Shown here: positions 14,857-28,167 of the stretch, piece by piece | Layout of the letters: every line of letters begins with the position of its first letter | How positions within the stretch are numbered: the stretch's first letter is position 1 | Source: Octopus vulgaris | Lineage: Eukaryota | Assembly (NCBI GenBank): GCA_951406725.2 | Contig: OX597821.1 | Coordinates: 89,528,001 to 89,592,000 of the forward strand | Direction: 5' to 3' | Length of the DNA: 64,000 nucleotides | Position numbers and translations under genes: made by a program | The notes under the pieces: model-generated | Seen by the model: the letters and a program-made list of their open reading frames with translations, nothing else | The model's database searches: none | What the model was told of the DNA's origin: nothing

Positions 14857-15686
14857 TATATGTATATATATGTATATATTTATATATATGCGTGTGTATG
14901 TCTGTGAGTGTGTTATCTATATGTATATTTGTCTCAATATATTATTATTATTCCTGTATACTACATGCTTATGAATATGCGTATGTTTCTGTATACCTAC
15001 GAGTAGAAGTTATCCGTGAGGTCTTGTATGCGTACATACACATGTATGCTTAATGTCATACACAAATTGATATTTAAATACGCACATGCAAACACACACA
15101 TAACGAGAACCCAACCAACCAACCAACCAACCAACCAACCAACCAACCAAGCCAGCCAGCCACAGATATAGAAATGTGGCCATCACAATCATGAACAATA
15201 ACTTTTATTTAATGTCACCAAAGTAATTTGCTGAGGACCTTTCTCGGGAAAATGGCTGGAATAAATCACTAGCCATAGTCAGAATATGATTATTGAGATC
15301 TGTATACAGTAACCATATACACATATTTATGCTGACTTGTGTTTAAATGATATCCTTTTCAGCTTAGTGCATTTACAAATGACTTAAGAACTGAAATGAC
15401 CACCAGAAGAAATTACTAGAATGTTCGCTGTAAATCATCATTTGTTTCAATGAATGCCACGCTTATTGTTAGAGATTGCAAAGAATGGTGGTGGCCGAGG
15501 TCATGAATGTATGAATGGCATGGCTGTGCTGTGCAGTTTAGAAGTTTGCCTTGTGTTCATGTGGTTCTGGTTTCAAGTGCATCGTGTGAAATTTTAGGCA
15601 AGTATTTGTCTTCTATCAAAGCAACTGTTTATAGACATTTGGTCAAAGGAACCCATTGTATATAAGTATATAGACACACACACGTG

Positions 15687-15721
<35 letters not shown>

Positions 15722-15726
<5 letters not shown>

Positions 15727-15866
15727 GGTGTGGTAAGCTTGCCTCCCAATGGTTCTGGATTCAGTCCCCCTGATTCGGTCCTTAGATAAGTGCCTTCTTC
15801 TATAGCTTCGGGCTCACTGAAGCCTTGTGAGTGGATTTCACAGGTGGAAACTGAAAGAAGCCTGTC
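15722..15866 (+). mobile_element. SINE family A 5' half
   Basis: Head through gaaactgaaagaagcctgtc, then the TA tract. Confidence 0.7.
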
Positions 15867-15884
15867 ACATATATATATATATAT

Positions 15885-16135
15885 AGTAGTAGTAACAGAA
15901 AAGAGGAATCTCGGTTGTCCCCACGTGGTGGGTTGTAATGTATATAAGAAATTAAAAAAAAAAAATATGCACACTTACATGGTACACTTTTAATGTATTG
16001 ACCGGTTTCGCTATCGCTATTCATAATATTATGTTTAATTTATTTGAATATATATTTTTTCTTAAGAAGAAATTTGGTCCATGTTGTGTAACCATGTAAG
16101 TGTGCGTATTTTTCTTTTTTAATTTCTTATATATA
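15885..16135 (-). mobile_element. Penelope-like terminal fragment with inverted arms and a decayed hammerhead motif
   Basis: Arms 15940-15988 / 16086-16133; minus strand tatt-ATGAATA-GC-GATA-GC-GAAACCGGTC-aata at 15996-16028. Confidence 0.55.
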
Positions 16136-16140
16136 TATAT

Positions 16141-16535
16141 AAAATTATAAATTAGGGTATCTACGAGATACCACCATGCTGAAAATAGCAGCCATGATTT
16201 GACTCTAAAACCACCTTAATTGTCCATATTGCAAACATGGAGAGAAAACAAAGAGACAAGATGAAGCTAGTAAAAAATTACTGGATAATTCTAGATCTGA
16301 TTTTTTACTAGCTTCATCTTGTCTCTTTGTTTTCTCTCCATGTTTGCTATATGGACAATTAAGGTGGTTTTAGAGTCAGATCATGGCTGCTATTTTCAGC
16401 ATGGTGGCATCTCGTAGATACCCTAATTTATAATTTTAATAATTATTACCTTTGAAGGTTATTTTTTCCATGCTGGCCACTTGATAAAATCGTTGTTTTA
16501 TTTTAAATTAACGATCTTGTCCTTATTTATGTAAA
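16141..16535. mobile_element. Near-perfect palindromic element (about 139 bp arms plus an unpaired extension)
   Basis: 16141-16279 is inverted at 16299-16437; same family as 29112-29344; TA tracts on both sides. Confidence 0.8.
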
Positions 16536-16556
16536 TTTATATATATATATATATAT

Positions 16557-17700
16557 ACACTGGGTGCATAAGGTACTTGAAGACATACCTTTTGGGGGTC
16601 ATTGTCACCTCTTTTGCTAACTCTGTACAATCTTTCTTTCAGAAAATAATAATCGCAGACCCTCAGGTTGCTCAAGAAAGGAAGAAGCATGTTGTTATTG
16701 TGGTTATAAAGGCTGAGCATAGCGATTTAGAAATATCCTGACTCTTAAAAGTTGCCAGATCTTTTGTCTACAAAGTTTGTAAGAAGTTAGAGACTGAAGA
16801 TGGAAACATATCACCAGTATCAAAGCATAAAAAGCATTCTAAATGCTCTGAAATCAGAACTCTTGAATTTATCCACCAAGTTCAACAGATGATTGATTAC
16901 AATCTCAGAATTCCATGAGGTCAATTGCAAAAGATCTCAATGTATTAGAAGGAACAGTCAGAAATGTTGTCCATGAAGATATCAGATATAAGACTTATAG
17001 GATGAAGAAAGATCAATTTGTCAGAAAGAGCAAAAGAAAATCACTACATCAGAGCTAAAAGTTTCTTAAACAAATTGAAAAATCCAGCAGAAGAAGATTT
17101 GATTTCGGTTTTTCTCAAATGAGAAAAACTTCGACCAAGATCAAAAATGGCAGATGGTTATGTGCAGACACATCTGAAGTTCCAAGTGTTATGCATACAA
17201 AATTTCCTGCAAATGTCATGGTTTTAGAGGATGTCAGCAATGAAGGACATGTGATGCCTCCTTACTTCTTTCCATAAGGCCTTAGATTTTACTCTGTTGT
17301 CTACAGTGAGGTCATGGAAACAATTAAGCCCTGGATAGACAGTGTATGCAATGGAAGGCCATATGTGTTTCACTAAGACTCTGCATTATCATATATGGTT
17401 CTAGTAACATAGAAATGAATGGCTGAAAATTTTCATGATCACATAACTCCTAACGTTTAACCTCATAATTCTCCAGATCTCAATCCACTGGACTATGGCA
17501 TGTGGGGTGCTGTTGAGAGAGAGGTCAATGAACATGCCCATAACATCAACGATTCTTTGTAAGCTGCCATAGTCAGAGTAAAGTCCAAAATGTACCAGGG
17601 CCACTTGATTCGAGCATGTGGATGATTTAGATCTCATATAGAACTTGTGTTGAAGCTGAAGGTGGTTTTATTGAATAACATTATAGAAGAGAAGGTTTAT
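16557..17700 (+). mobile_element. Tc1/mariner DD37D (maT-like) transposon relic
   Basis: TKFPANVMVL...EGHVMPPYFF...PYVFH*DSA...NSPDLNPLDYGMWG; D37D spacing; many stops. Confidence 0.85.
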
Positions 17701-17710
17701 TTTTATCCTC

Positions 17711-17922
17711 TCTCTCTTTTACTCTTTTACTTGTTTCAGTCATTTGAGTGCGGCCATGCTGGAGCACCGCCTTTAGTCGAGCAAATCGACCCCAAGACTT
17801 ATTCTTTGTAAGCCCAGTACTTATTCTATCGGTCTCTTTTGCCGAACCGCTAAGTGACGGGGACGTAAACACACCAGCATCGGTTGTCAAGCAATGCTAG
17901 GGGGACAAACACACACACACAA

Positions 17923-17955
<33 letters not shown>

Positions 17956-18118
17956 CGACAGGCTTCTTTCAGTTTCCGTCTACCAAATCCACTCACAAGG
18001 CTTTGGTCGGCCCGGGGCTATAGTAGAAGACACTTGCCCAAGATGCCACGCAGTGGGACTGAACCCGGAACCATGTGGTTCGTTAGCAAACTACTTACCA
18101 CACAGCCACTCCTGCGCC
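17711..18118 (-). mobile_element. SINE family A, full length
   Basis: Close to the family consensus from head to tail. Confidence 0.9.
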
Positions 18119-18529
18119 TATAACATTTTTTGATAAATAATGTTATTACCTGGTGTGTGTGTCTTTTTGTCTGTGGTCCCCCCTCTCCATCATCACTGCT
18201 TGACAACTGGTTTGGCAAAAAGTGACTGATTGAATAAGTACCAAGCCTTGAAAATAAATATGTACTAGGGCTGATTCCTGTTATGGTGAGAATTATGACA
18301 GCCCCTGTGAGAATTCGGCTGGCAAAGCTCATATAAGTGGCAGCATGTTCCAATGAGAGAGTGAGAGATAAGAAATCACCTTAAGTTGAAAGGTGTCATT
18401 TGTGAGATCATTGAGTTGCAGGAAATTGTTGAGAAGTTGTTATAAGTTCATTGAGAATTATTTTAAACTGGTTACAGTTGTTGGCAGAGTATTTGGAAAT
18501 ATATCAAGTGGGGACAGTTGGTTTCTACG

Positions 18530-18762
18530 CCTATTTCTTTATTACCCACAAGGGGCTAAAAGCAGAGGGGACAAACAAAGACAGACATAGGTATTAAGTC
18601 GATTACATCGACCCCAGTACGTAACTGGTACTTAATTTATCGACCCCGAAAGGATGAAAGGCAAAGTCGACCTCGGCGGAATTTGAACTCACAACGTAAC
18701 GCAGATGAAATACCGCTAAGCATTTCGCCCGGCGTGCTAACGTTTCTGCCAGCTCGCCACCT
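18530..18762 (-). mobile_element. SINE family B with TSD
   Basis: Flanking direct repeat ttggtttctac(g/a)cc. Confidence 0.88.
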
Positions 18763-18949
18763 TGGTTTCTACACCGTTTCGTGGTACTATGTATCGCTGT
18801 ATTAGCACGTGACACTAAGGTGGCATATACAGAAACCACGTTATAAAACTCCTTTGACTAAAAAACCCTTCAAGGCAGTGTTCAGCATGGCTACAGTCAA
18901 ATGACTGAAACAAATTAAAAATAGCAGAATAAAAGAATATATATATATA

Positions 18950-19165
18950 CGAATCTCAGACAGGGCGATGTGTGTGTTTATGAGTGAAACACCTAAGCTG
19001 CACATGGCTCCGGCAGAAGATAATGGCAAACTTCTGCTGAATCTTTTGCCACAACTTTCTCTCACTCTCTCCTCCTGCGTCTTGCAGCTCACCTGCGATG
19101 GACCAGCGTCCCATCCAGGTGGGGAACCTATATGCCAAGGAAACTGGGAAACCGGCCCTATGCTC
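18950..19165 (+). mobile_element. SINE family D, 5' truncated
   Basis: Matches 55277-55580. Confidence 0.8.
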
Positions 19166-19409
19166 CACAAGAGGCAAAAAGAATTAAGAAGAATATATAT
19201 ATATATATGCACACATGCACACGTATGCAAACATACATACACATAAGGGTTGATAGGTTGACTATGAAGAAGTGATGCTAGAGCTGTGAAATCTTGCATG
19301 CATAAATTGCACCCATTACCAAAAACTGCATTGTTCTTCTGTTTTTTTTTCAGATAAACCAACATCTGGCTGTTTAGAGAAGACTTCAAAAGTAACTAGT
19401 AGCAACTTC

Positions 19410-20500
19410 TCTTGAAAATTGACAGAATTTGGCATTACGATGTCATCAAGTACCTGCAGAAAAAGAGTTCAGCCTCTAAGGATATTCATGTTGACATGGT
19501 TGCACATTAGGGGATGATACTCCAGCTTTATCAACAGTGCAAAAGTGGATTGTTCAATTTAGAAGGGGATGGTAGGGCCTTGAATACACTCTAAGGTCTG
19601 GACATCCCTCAACTACCACCACTGAGGATATTGATGTTTCACCACATGGTGGTGGATGGTAGGTGATTGACTATAGATCAAATAGCCAATGCTAATAGTA
19701 TATCTTATGAGAGAGTTGAAAATATTCTGCACCGTGAACTTGGCATGATGAAGGTTTCTACTCTGTGGGTTCCACATCCGCTGACACTAGATCAAATGAC
19801 ATCACAAGAAAATATGATATTGTTTGAGTGTGATTGTAACCAGAGTCGCCTTACAGGCACTTATGCCCATGCTAGTAGGGTGCCAAGAGCACCATCCGAG
19901 CATGATCGTTGCCAGAGCAGCCAACTGGCTTCCATTCCAGTGGCACGTAAAAGGGCACCATTCGAGCGTGTGTAAAAAGATTCGAGTAAGGCCGTTGCCA
20001 GTACTGCCTGACTGGCCCCTGTTCCACTGGCACGTAAAAGGCACCCACTACACTCTCAGAATGGTTGGCGTTAGGAAGGGCATCCATCTGTAGAAACTCT
20101 GACAAATCAAGATTGGAGCCTGGTGCAGCCATCTGGTTCGCCAGCCCTCAGTCAACATCGTCCAACCCATGCTAGCATGGAAAGCGTACGTTAAACGATG
20201 ATGACTGATGATGATGATGATGATGTTTGAGGCAGACCTAGCTGATTTCTTTGAACGTTTCCCAGCCCAGGATGACTGTTGGCCTCATCGCTTTGAGCCA
20301 GAGACAATGAGACAATCCATGCAGTACATACATCCCATATCACCTGCACCAAAGAAGGCCAACATCATTTGATTGGCGGGGTGGCGATGGCCTCAGTCAT
20401 TTGGAATGCAACAGGCTTTTTCTTTTTATTGATTATCTTGGAAAGGGTCATACCCTCAATGGCAAGTACTAAGCTACCATGTTGAGGCAGTTGTGAAAAG
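19410..20500 (+). mobile_element. Mariner transposase relic interrupted by a family C insertion
   Basis: VIKYL...STVQKW...RSGHP...ILHRELGMMKVSTLWVPHPLT; after the insert ...QDDCWPHRFEPETMRQSMQ...IDYLGKGHTLNGKY. Confidence 0.85.
19829..20223 (+). mobile_element. Family C insertion with 8 bp TSD
   Basis: TSD tgtttgag at 19821-19828 and 20224-20231; (GAT)n tail. Confidence 0.88.
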
Positions 20501-20504
20501 AATG

Positions 20505-20930
20505 ACAGTGAAATACAGAACCTAGAATAGAAGAAAGGTAGAAACTTGGATTAGTGGAATGTGGATCTGGAGTCAATAAGACACAGAAGTATGGCCAAAA
20601 TGTAGAATTTGGGGTGAATGGATTATAAAACTGAGGACATTGAAATATAAAATCTAAGATTAATGTAATACAGAACTTTGGTTAACAAAATATATGCAAC
20701 CTGGCATTGATAGATTACAAACTATCAATTTGTAATCTAATCAATTGTAATCGAATCAATTTGTAATCTATATTTTATTGCTCTCTCAATAAAATATAGA
20801 GAGGGCAATAAAATATAGAAATTAGAGTCAGCAAAATATCTATATGTGCAGCACCCAGGGCAAATAGAATATAAATCCAGCTCTCAGTGGATTAGAAAAC
20901 TGGAGTGCATGAAATATAGAAGTTCAAGGA
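20505..20930. repeat. Highly degenerate minisatellite, unit about 23 bp
   Basis: Recurring variants of aatatagaacctggagtcaat. Confidence 0.5.
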
Positions 20931-21898
20931 AGGGCAAAACTAAATTGTCCATACCCACTTCTCTATAAAAAATATTGGCCTGGTATTTGCCACAAAAAAA
21001 TCACTACTTATGAATGTTATCAATATGCATGGTGAATCAGAGAGGGTTTTACATAATATGTTGCTGTTGCTTTGCACCATTTCAACCCTGAGTGAACAGT
21101 CCTATATCTTAACCATTCCGGCCATGAACAGCACATTTTCTTTTTGGATAATGTGTCTTTTTTTCTAAGATGGCAAAATTTGATTTGAGAGTGGTTTGGC
21201 TCTTAATTCTGGCTGGTTGAATGACCATAGAGATGCTCTCTCACTGGTTCACATTATATATTGTAAAACTATAAGGGATTGATTTTTCAATCTTTCTGTT
21301 TATTTTGTGGTATAATCCATACAAATATTTTATATTATTATTATTATTATTATTATTATTGTTGTTGTTGTTGTTGTTATTATTAATGTTGTTATTATTG
21401 TATTGATATCCCATTTGTGAATAAGTAAATTATCAAAATGTCATTTGATCTTTCATGGGTGTCCTATCTAGCCTTATGTTGTTTGTTACAGACTATGATT
21501 CTGTGTATGTTTTATAAACATAATTCGGAATGGTTTCCATAATTACTTTTCAATATACAATTTTGTTAATACCTATGTTATCATAAGCTATGTTTATATG
21601 TATTTATGTATATATGCTAGTAAGTGTGCATCTTTGTGTTTGCGTGTGCATATGTGTGTGTATACATGCATATATATATGTGTACATACATATAGATTCA
21701 TATATGGAATTAAATATCAAATATAGATATGTATATGTGCATCCATATGCGTAAACATACATACATATATACAACAATATTTAAAATATTTGTATCTATA
21801 TATATATAGATACATATACATATATATCTATATATATGTATATATATATATATATATATGTTTGTGTGTGTGTATGCATATATATATGTATATGTGTG

Positions 21899-21929
<31 letters not shown>

Positions 21930-21966
21930 AAAACTATGTTTGTGTGTGTGTATGCATATATAGATG

Positions 21967-22000
<34 letters not shown>

Positions 22001-22602
22001 TATATAAATACTTACACATGCACACACATGTATTGATCATGTTATCATATTGATACAGGATGCCACATGAGCTCATATGGATCTTTTCACACCACCCTGG
22101 ATCTAGCCAACTTATATCTTTATGAGCCACCATCTTTCCACCACCGTCCCATTTCCTTCCTCTTTCACACCTACATGCCGGGGAATTACTATTCTTATTT
22201 CGGTAATTTATTGTAAATATAGATTAATTCTGAAAATTATTGGACATTTGATCCACTATACTCAAGAAAAATGATCCTTCTTACAATATGTTGATCGTGA
22301 CACGAAACTCAAATATCTATTTGTGCTTTTTGTTTTATATGTTGACCGTATGGCTTTAACTGATGATTCTCATAGAATGTTAACTAAGAAGATACATGCA
22401 CAAATACAGTTATGCACACATTTATATATGCATGCATATAAATATATAAATATTTTATGTAGTTGAGTAGCATATCCATATTTATTGCAAATAACTGGTG
22501 AGAAATTTGATATTGGTTTCATGTCTACTATTGTACTTAGCAATATAAGTCATTGATCTGAGCTGGTACCTGGAAGCACACACTTTACTAATGAAAGTAA
22601 AT

Positions 22603-22944
22603 ATACAGTGTTGGTCAGTTTCGTGAGGAAAAAACTGAAATGGAAAAAATCCTTTCCCAGAGGGAAAGAAGAGTTACCTTCCATATGTGGCCAAAATGGG
22701 TCATTCTGTGTACATTTTTTCTGTCATGAGGGCATAGGTAAAAAATTTCATTTTTTGAAGTCAAGAAAGTACGTGGAACATGCACATTTTCAAGACAAGA
22801 GAATGGGAAAAACAAAAATATACAGAATGATCCATTTTAGCCACACCCGGAATTCTCCAAGAGAAAGTACCTATTCTTTCCCTCTTAGAAAGAGATTTTC
22901 TTGTTGCTTAGTCTATTTTTTTCACCATCAAACTAAGATTGTAT
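22603..22944. mobile_element. Old MITE-like inverted repeat
   Basis: tggccaaaatgggtcattctgtgtacattttt vs aaaaatatacagaatgatccattttagcca; outer arms also align; ends tatacag.../...ttgtata. Confidence 0.65.
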
Positions 22945-23191
22945 AGATAGTTCCATTAGTAAAAAGGCCATTTGCTTCAGGCCAGAGGTCTGATGACTTG
23001 GTTATATTATACTTACATAAAACCAATGATGATTTTTTTGACCACGTATATACCATAGCAAAAGATATAATAGTTGACTACATAATATATGACTGCTCAA
23101 ATTCTTTTAGTGTTTTTTTTTTTACTCATAGACAAGTGACCAATGCATGCATGCATACATACATGCATGCATGCGCATATATGATAAGGGT

Positions 23192-23526
23192 AAAAATCCC
23201 CTTCAGTCATTAATGACCATGGGATTGCACCTAGAAAGTTCCCCTCCATGGTACAAGTCTGGCTGGGTAAGGTGGTTTATGGAAGACCAGCAGTCACACA
23301 CGCATACCAGTCTCCCCTCATCACACCACTGATGTTATCTGAGAGAAAGGCAAAGGATGATACAATTTGGTACCAGTGATGCCACATCACATTTCTAAAA
23401 CTGAGTGAACTGGAGCAACATGAAAGTAAGGGTCTTGCTCAAAAACGCAATACAGCTTGGTCCAGAAATCGAACTCATTACCTCATGATTGTGAGCCCAA
23501 TGCTCTAACCACTGAGCTAGGTGCCT
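23192..23526 (-). mobile_element. SINE family E (tRNA head)
   Basis: Minus strand tagctcagtggttagagcattgggctcacaatc...gagttcgatttct; the tail ccttcagtcat(t/g)aatgaccatgg recurs at 47561. Confidence 0.7.
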
Positions 23527-23532
23527 ACATAC

Positions 23533-23897
23533 ATGACGATGGCTGCCCCCTCGTTATTGAGTATGGCCATTGCACAAAGCTTAACTGTTATTGGTGCTGT
23601 AATCGAATGTGACTTTTTAACCCAGCTAAACATCTACAATGTCTTGTACAGAATTAGCAGCTAAAACCTTTACCGGTAATAGCCGGCTGTAGTTGCAACT
23701 GGGCTTCATGTACCTTTGCATGTCGTTTAAGTCCTCCTGCCGAATTACACTCTCTTCCACATGGCGACAGATATGATTAGTATGGTGTGTTACACCACCA
23801 CCAGTGGCCAGATTATTACTCATCTGTCTCGTTTTATGACTACGAAGATGATTCATGAGTCCAGCTTTACTGAGGCAGGGTCTTGCACAGACACTGC
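23533..23897 (-). mobile_element. LINE 3' end with C2H2 motifs (RTE-like)
   Basis: CSVCARPCLSKAGLMNHLRSH plus a frameshifted second finger; 5' truncated at a (TATG)n tract. Confidence 0.55.
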
Positions 23898-23944
23898 ATA
23901 CATACATACATACATACATACATACATACATACATACATACATA

Positions 23945-24660
23945 CAACAACTGGGGACTTCTACAGAAACAGTGATGTTAACAGGCTCTACTTAAGAAAA
24001 AATGAAGGTGGTAGAGGCCTGAAATCAGTGCAGATGGCCTTCAAATGCTGTATGGCAATACTCAGGCAGCACCTGCTAACCAACATCAGCAAAAATATAT
24101 TAGTGCAGTCGTGAAAAGTGAAGTGAACAACATTGTATGAGTCGGCAGTGAACTCCTCAAGAAACACTCATCTCCTGATGATTCCCTATACAGACCCAAA
24201 ACAGGTGGGCTCTCTTACCTCAGAGAAGATCTGGGTGGAAAGAACTTGACATGCACAAAAACAAGACCGTGCATGAGTATGTTGCCTGGAAGCTTGAAGA
24301 AGGCAATAGAATTGTCATGAAGCACAGCCTGTCTTGGACACAAGAACACTAGGTCACATCATACTTTGAAGGCTATGCATTTCTAATCCAGGAACAGGAG
24401 ATTGCCACAAAGTACCTGGTGAACAAGAGAGACTGTGATGCTCTTGTAATCCCAAAGTGAAACCACATGTGTGGGCTATGACATGTTTCTGTGGGAGACG
24501 CTACGTATGTGATAAGTCCTAAAATGTCATCATGGTACTGCGTCCCTATGTTGCACGATGTTGCTGCTAAAACAATTTACAATGCCACCTGCAAAAAAGA
24601 CTGTCCTGAAATAAACTTAGAAAATCCCTCTGTTATGAAATACATTCATAAACACAGAGA
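23945..24660 (+). mobile_element. R4/Dong-clade LINE fragment (post-RT region to zinc knuckle)
   Basis: SDVNRLYLRKNEGGRGLKSV...FEGYAFLIQEQEIATKYL...HDVAAKTIY. Confidence 0.8.
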
Positions 24661-24939
24661 GAGAGACTAAGTGCTTGATAAGAAGTAGTTTTGTTCAGTA
24701 GGGATCAGATGATTAACCAATGTAATATGTGTGTGTGGATAGTACAATATGCATAGCACTTACGTGTTTCACTCTAAAAGGCTCTGACCATGCTGGAGCT
24801 CCCAGACTTCAGTTTCAGTAACATGTACCTTTAACTGTCTGTCTATCTACCTGTCTATCTGTACACACGTACACACACTCACATACACACAAGCACACAC
24901 ACACACACACACACATTTTTTATCATATATAAGTGTGTA

Positions 24940-25205
24940 TGTAGCAGGTGTCACATAAAAAGCACTGGTGTGGGTGCTGTTACCACGTAAAAGCACTGGT
25001 GCTGGTGCCACTTAAAAGGTGCTGGTGATGGTACCACATACGTTGCAACCAGTACACTCCATGGAGTGGTTGGCACTAGGAAGAGCATCCAGCTGTAGAA
25101 ACCAAGCCAAAATGGAGCATTGCAGCCTCTCAACCTGCCAGTTCCTGTAATACCATCCAACTAATGCCAGTATGGAAAACAAATGTTAAATGCTAATGAT
25201 GAGGA
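24940..25205 (+). mobile_element. Family C, diverged
   Basis: ggagtggttggcactaggaagagcatccagctgtagaaacc. Confidence 0.7.
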
Positions 25206-25294
25206 TATGTATGTTTGTGTGTGTATGTGTGTGTTCGTGTGTTTGTATGCATGCATACATGTGTGTGTGAGTATGTGCATCTGTATGTATGTGG

Positions 25295-25334
<40 letters not shown>

Positions 25335-25716
25335 TATATGTTGTGGATCTTGCTGTTGCAGACAACAGATGAGGGATCTGCGATTTCTTACTAAATAACC
25401 TGCACATAGCATTTGTTGAAGGTGATCAAATTTTGGTGCCATCGATTAGCCCTCTTCCAAATTGACATTGCCTGCTCAAATGCACAGTGTGTCACTCATT
25501 AGATGTTGAACTGATCGCGGAACAATGCAAAAATGATGTGTTTTACTCAATAACAGAATGCACCACCCAATCCAGGAATCAAAACCATGATCTTGCAATC
25601 ATTGGTGCATTAGCCTAACCACACACCTTCACTGGATATATATATATATATATACACATATACATACATATATATATAAGCATGCCTATACATATATACA
25701 TACCAAATATACATAC

Positions 25717-25775
<59 letters not shown>

Positions 25776-26083
25776 CATACATATATATATATATATAGAT
25801 AGATAGATAGATAGATAGATAAATATGTATGTATATTCATATATATGCACCTATGCACATATATGTATAAATATATATATATATACACACCTTCACTGGA
25901 TATATATACATATATATATATGCATGCATATACATATATACATACACACACATATATATACATATATATACATACATATAGATATATATGTATGTATATA
26001 TATGCATATATATGCACCTATGCACATATATGTATAAATATATATATATATACACACACATAAATATATATGAATATATATAT

Positions 26084-26119
<36 letters not shown>

Positions 26120-26857
26120 GGATTTATATATATATTATATATATATATGGATTTATATATATTCATATACAACCCATTCGAAAAATAAATAAAAATGAAC
26201 GATAAAATCACAAAAGAATGAATGAGATTTATTCATTTAGTTTGTTTTTGCGATAATCATCAGAAGTGAAAACTGTTTAACTCATTACTTTGATTTAATT
26301 ACTTTGTGAAAATTGCCTAGAACATAATGTTTGTTGCCAATTCAGAAATTATCACTGATTTTTAGAGTTGTGTAAATTGCGTCTTTCTTCAATTTTTGGT
26401 TGCTGTCATTAATGCGGTTGTTATTGTTATTGTTTTTACTTATCTAATCAATTACAACATAATAAAATAAATTAGCCAATCTAATATGTATACGAATAAT
26501 TAGTCCAGTCATTAACGCACTAAGATGAAAGTTTCACTGTAAACATGAAAAACAGGCGATAAAACTTTCGGATGTCACACAGCTCTATCAGATTTCTTCG
26601 AAGCTATATATTGACTCAGTAATGATGTAATACAGTGGTTTAAAATTTCAGAATATCTAAATATATATCTATATATATATATATATACGGTATGAATCTT
26701 TCACTTGTTTCAGTCATTGGTATCACCGTCAAGGTTTTAGTTGGTCAAATCAAACTTAAGTTATTTTTAATTCTGGTTCTAAGTCTATTGTTATCTATTT
26801 GTTGAACTGCTAAGTTATGGAGAGATGATCATCATTCTAACATATAAAAAAAAAAAA

Positions 26858-27170
26858 ACGTCGCCCTTTTCAAGCCTAGCCAGGCTCATGGGCCTGGTTT
26901 CCCGGTTTCTGTGGCATATATGTCCCCCATCCCCTAGCTGAACAGGACACCAGTCCATTGCAGCATTACGCAAGAAACAGGAAGAGAGAGTGAGAGAAAG
27001 TTGTGGTGAAAGAGTACAACAGGGGTCGTCACCACCCACTGGTGGAGCCTCGTAGAGATTTTAGGTGTTTTTGCTCGATAAACACATTCAGCGCCCGGTC
27101 TAGGAATCAAAACCACGATCCTCCGACCGCAAGTCCACTGCCCTAACCACTGGGCCACTGCACCTCCACC
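26858..27170 (-). mobile_element. SINE family D variant, full length
   Basis: Head gtggaggtgcagtggcccagtggttagggcagtggacttgcggtc; body gcaatggactggtgtcctgttcag. Confidence 0.8.
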
Positions 27171-27591
27171 AGTCTAACCTATGCTTTTCCACTTTTGCAT
27201 GCTTGCAGGGAAATGCAGAGTTAAGATGAGGATAGTTTAGGACAGATTCCTCTATGGTCAATGCCCTTCCTGACTCCAGTTCAACCTGCTTCTGAGTGCG
27301 GTAACAATCCTGAAGTTTATCAAACAACAAACAACCTAGATATTGTTAAAGGAGAAGCAGTAAACAAACGATATCTGTTGAGCAAGTTTTCATTCATTCA
27401 GATCCTGCAACATGTCAAGACATGTTAAAGAGCCTCAGATATCCTTTTGCAGGAGACTGCATGCAATTGACAGTGTTTCCCTCTGTAAAGTCTTTGTTTA
27501 CAATCAGCAGACATGTGAAGACCAGGACATATATGAACTCACTCACAGACACACACACAAACAGACTCACATACACACGCACACTCACATC

Positions 27592-27629
<38 letters not shown>

Positions 27630-27786
27630 TGCAGGAGTGGCATTGTGGTAAGTAGCTTGCATACCAACCACATGGTTCTGGGTTCAGTCCAAGTGCATGG
27701 CACCTTGGGCAAGTACCATGTGAGTGGATTTGGTAGATGGAAACTGAAAGAAGCCCGTCATATATATGTATATGTATATATACATG

Positions 27787-27830
<44 letters not shown>

Positions 27831-28032
27831 CTTGTGTGTCTGTGTTTGTCCCTCCCAACATCGCTTGACGACCGATGCTGGTGTGTTTACATCCCCGTAA
27901 CTTAGAGGTTCGGCAAAAGACACTGATAGAATAAGTACAAAGTTTGCAAAGAATAAGTCCTGGGGTCGATTTGCTCGACTAAAGACAGTGCTATAGAATT
28001 GCCGCAGCCAAATGACTGAAGCAAGTAAAAGA
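27630..28032 (+). mobile_element. SINE family A
   Basis: Head to tail, with a small internal deletion. Confidence 0.88.
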
Positions 28033-28167
28033 GATATATGTATATATATAACAGAATACGAGGGGTTTTGTTTAAGTGCTACATTTGGTCGTCTGTTAGG
28101 TTCCAGGTTCACAGCTGAGGCTGGATCTAGGTATCTGTATTTGGGATCCATTATAGCAGGTATATAC

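Noticed and set aside
17884-18133. Recurrent peptides such as RLPNPLTRLWSARGYSRRHLPK and QIHSQGFGRP
   Set aside because: Antisense translation of SINE family A, not a gene family
22608-22946. 112 aa ORF
   Set aside because: Coincides with a MITE-like inverted repeat; no domain recognised
23626-23943. C2H2 zinc-finger gene
   Set aside because: Starts in a microsatellite, is frameshifted and lacks TGEKP linkers; better explained as a LINE C-terminus
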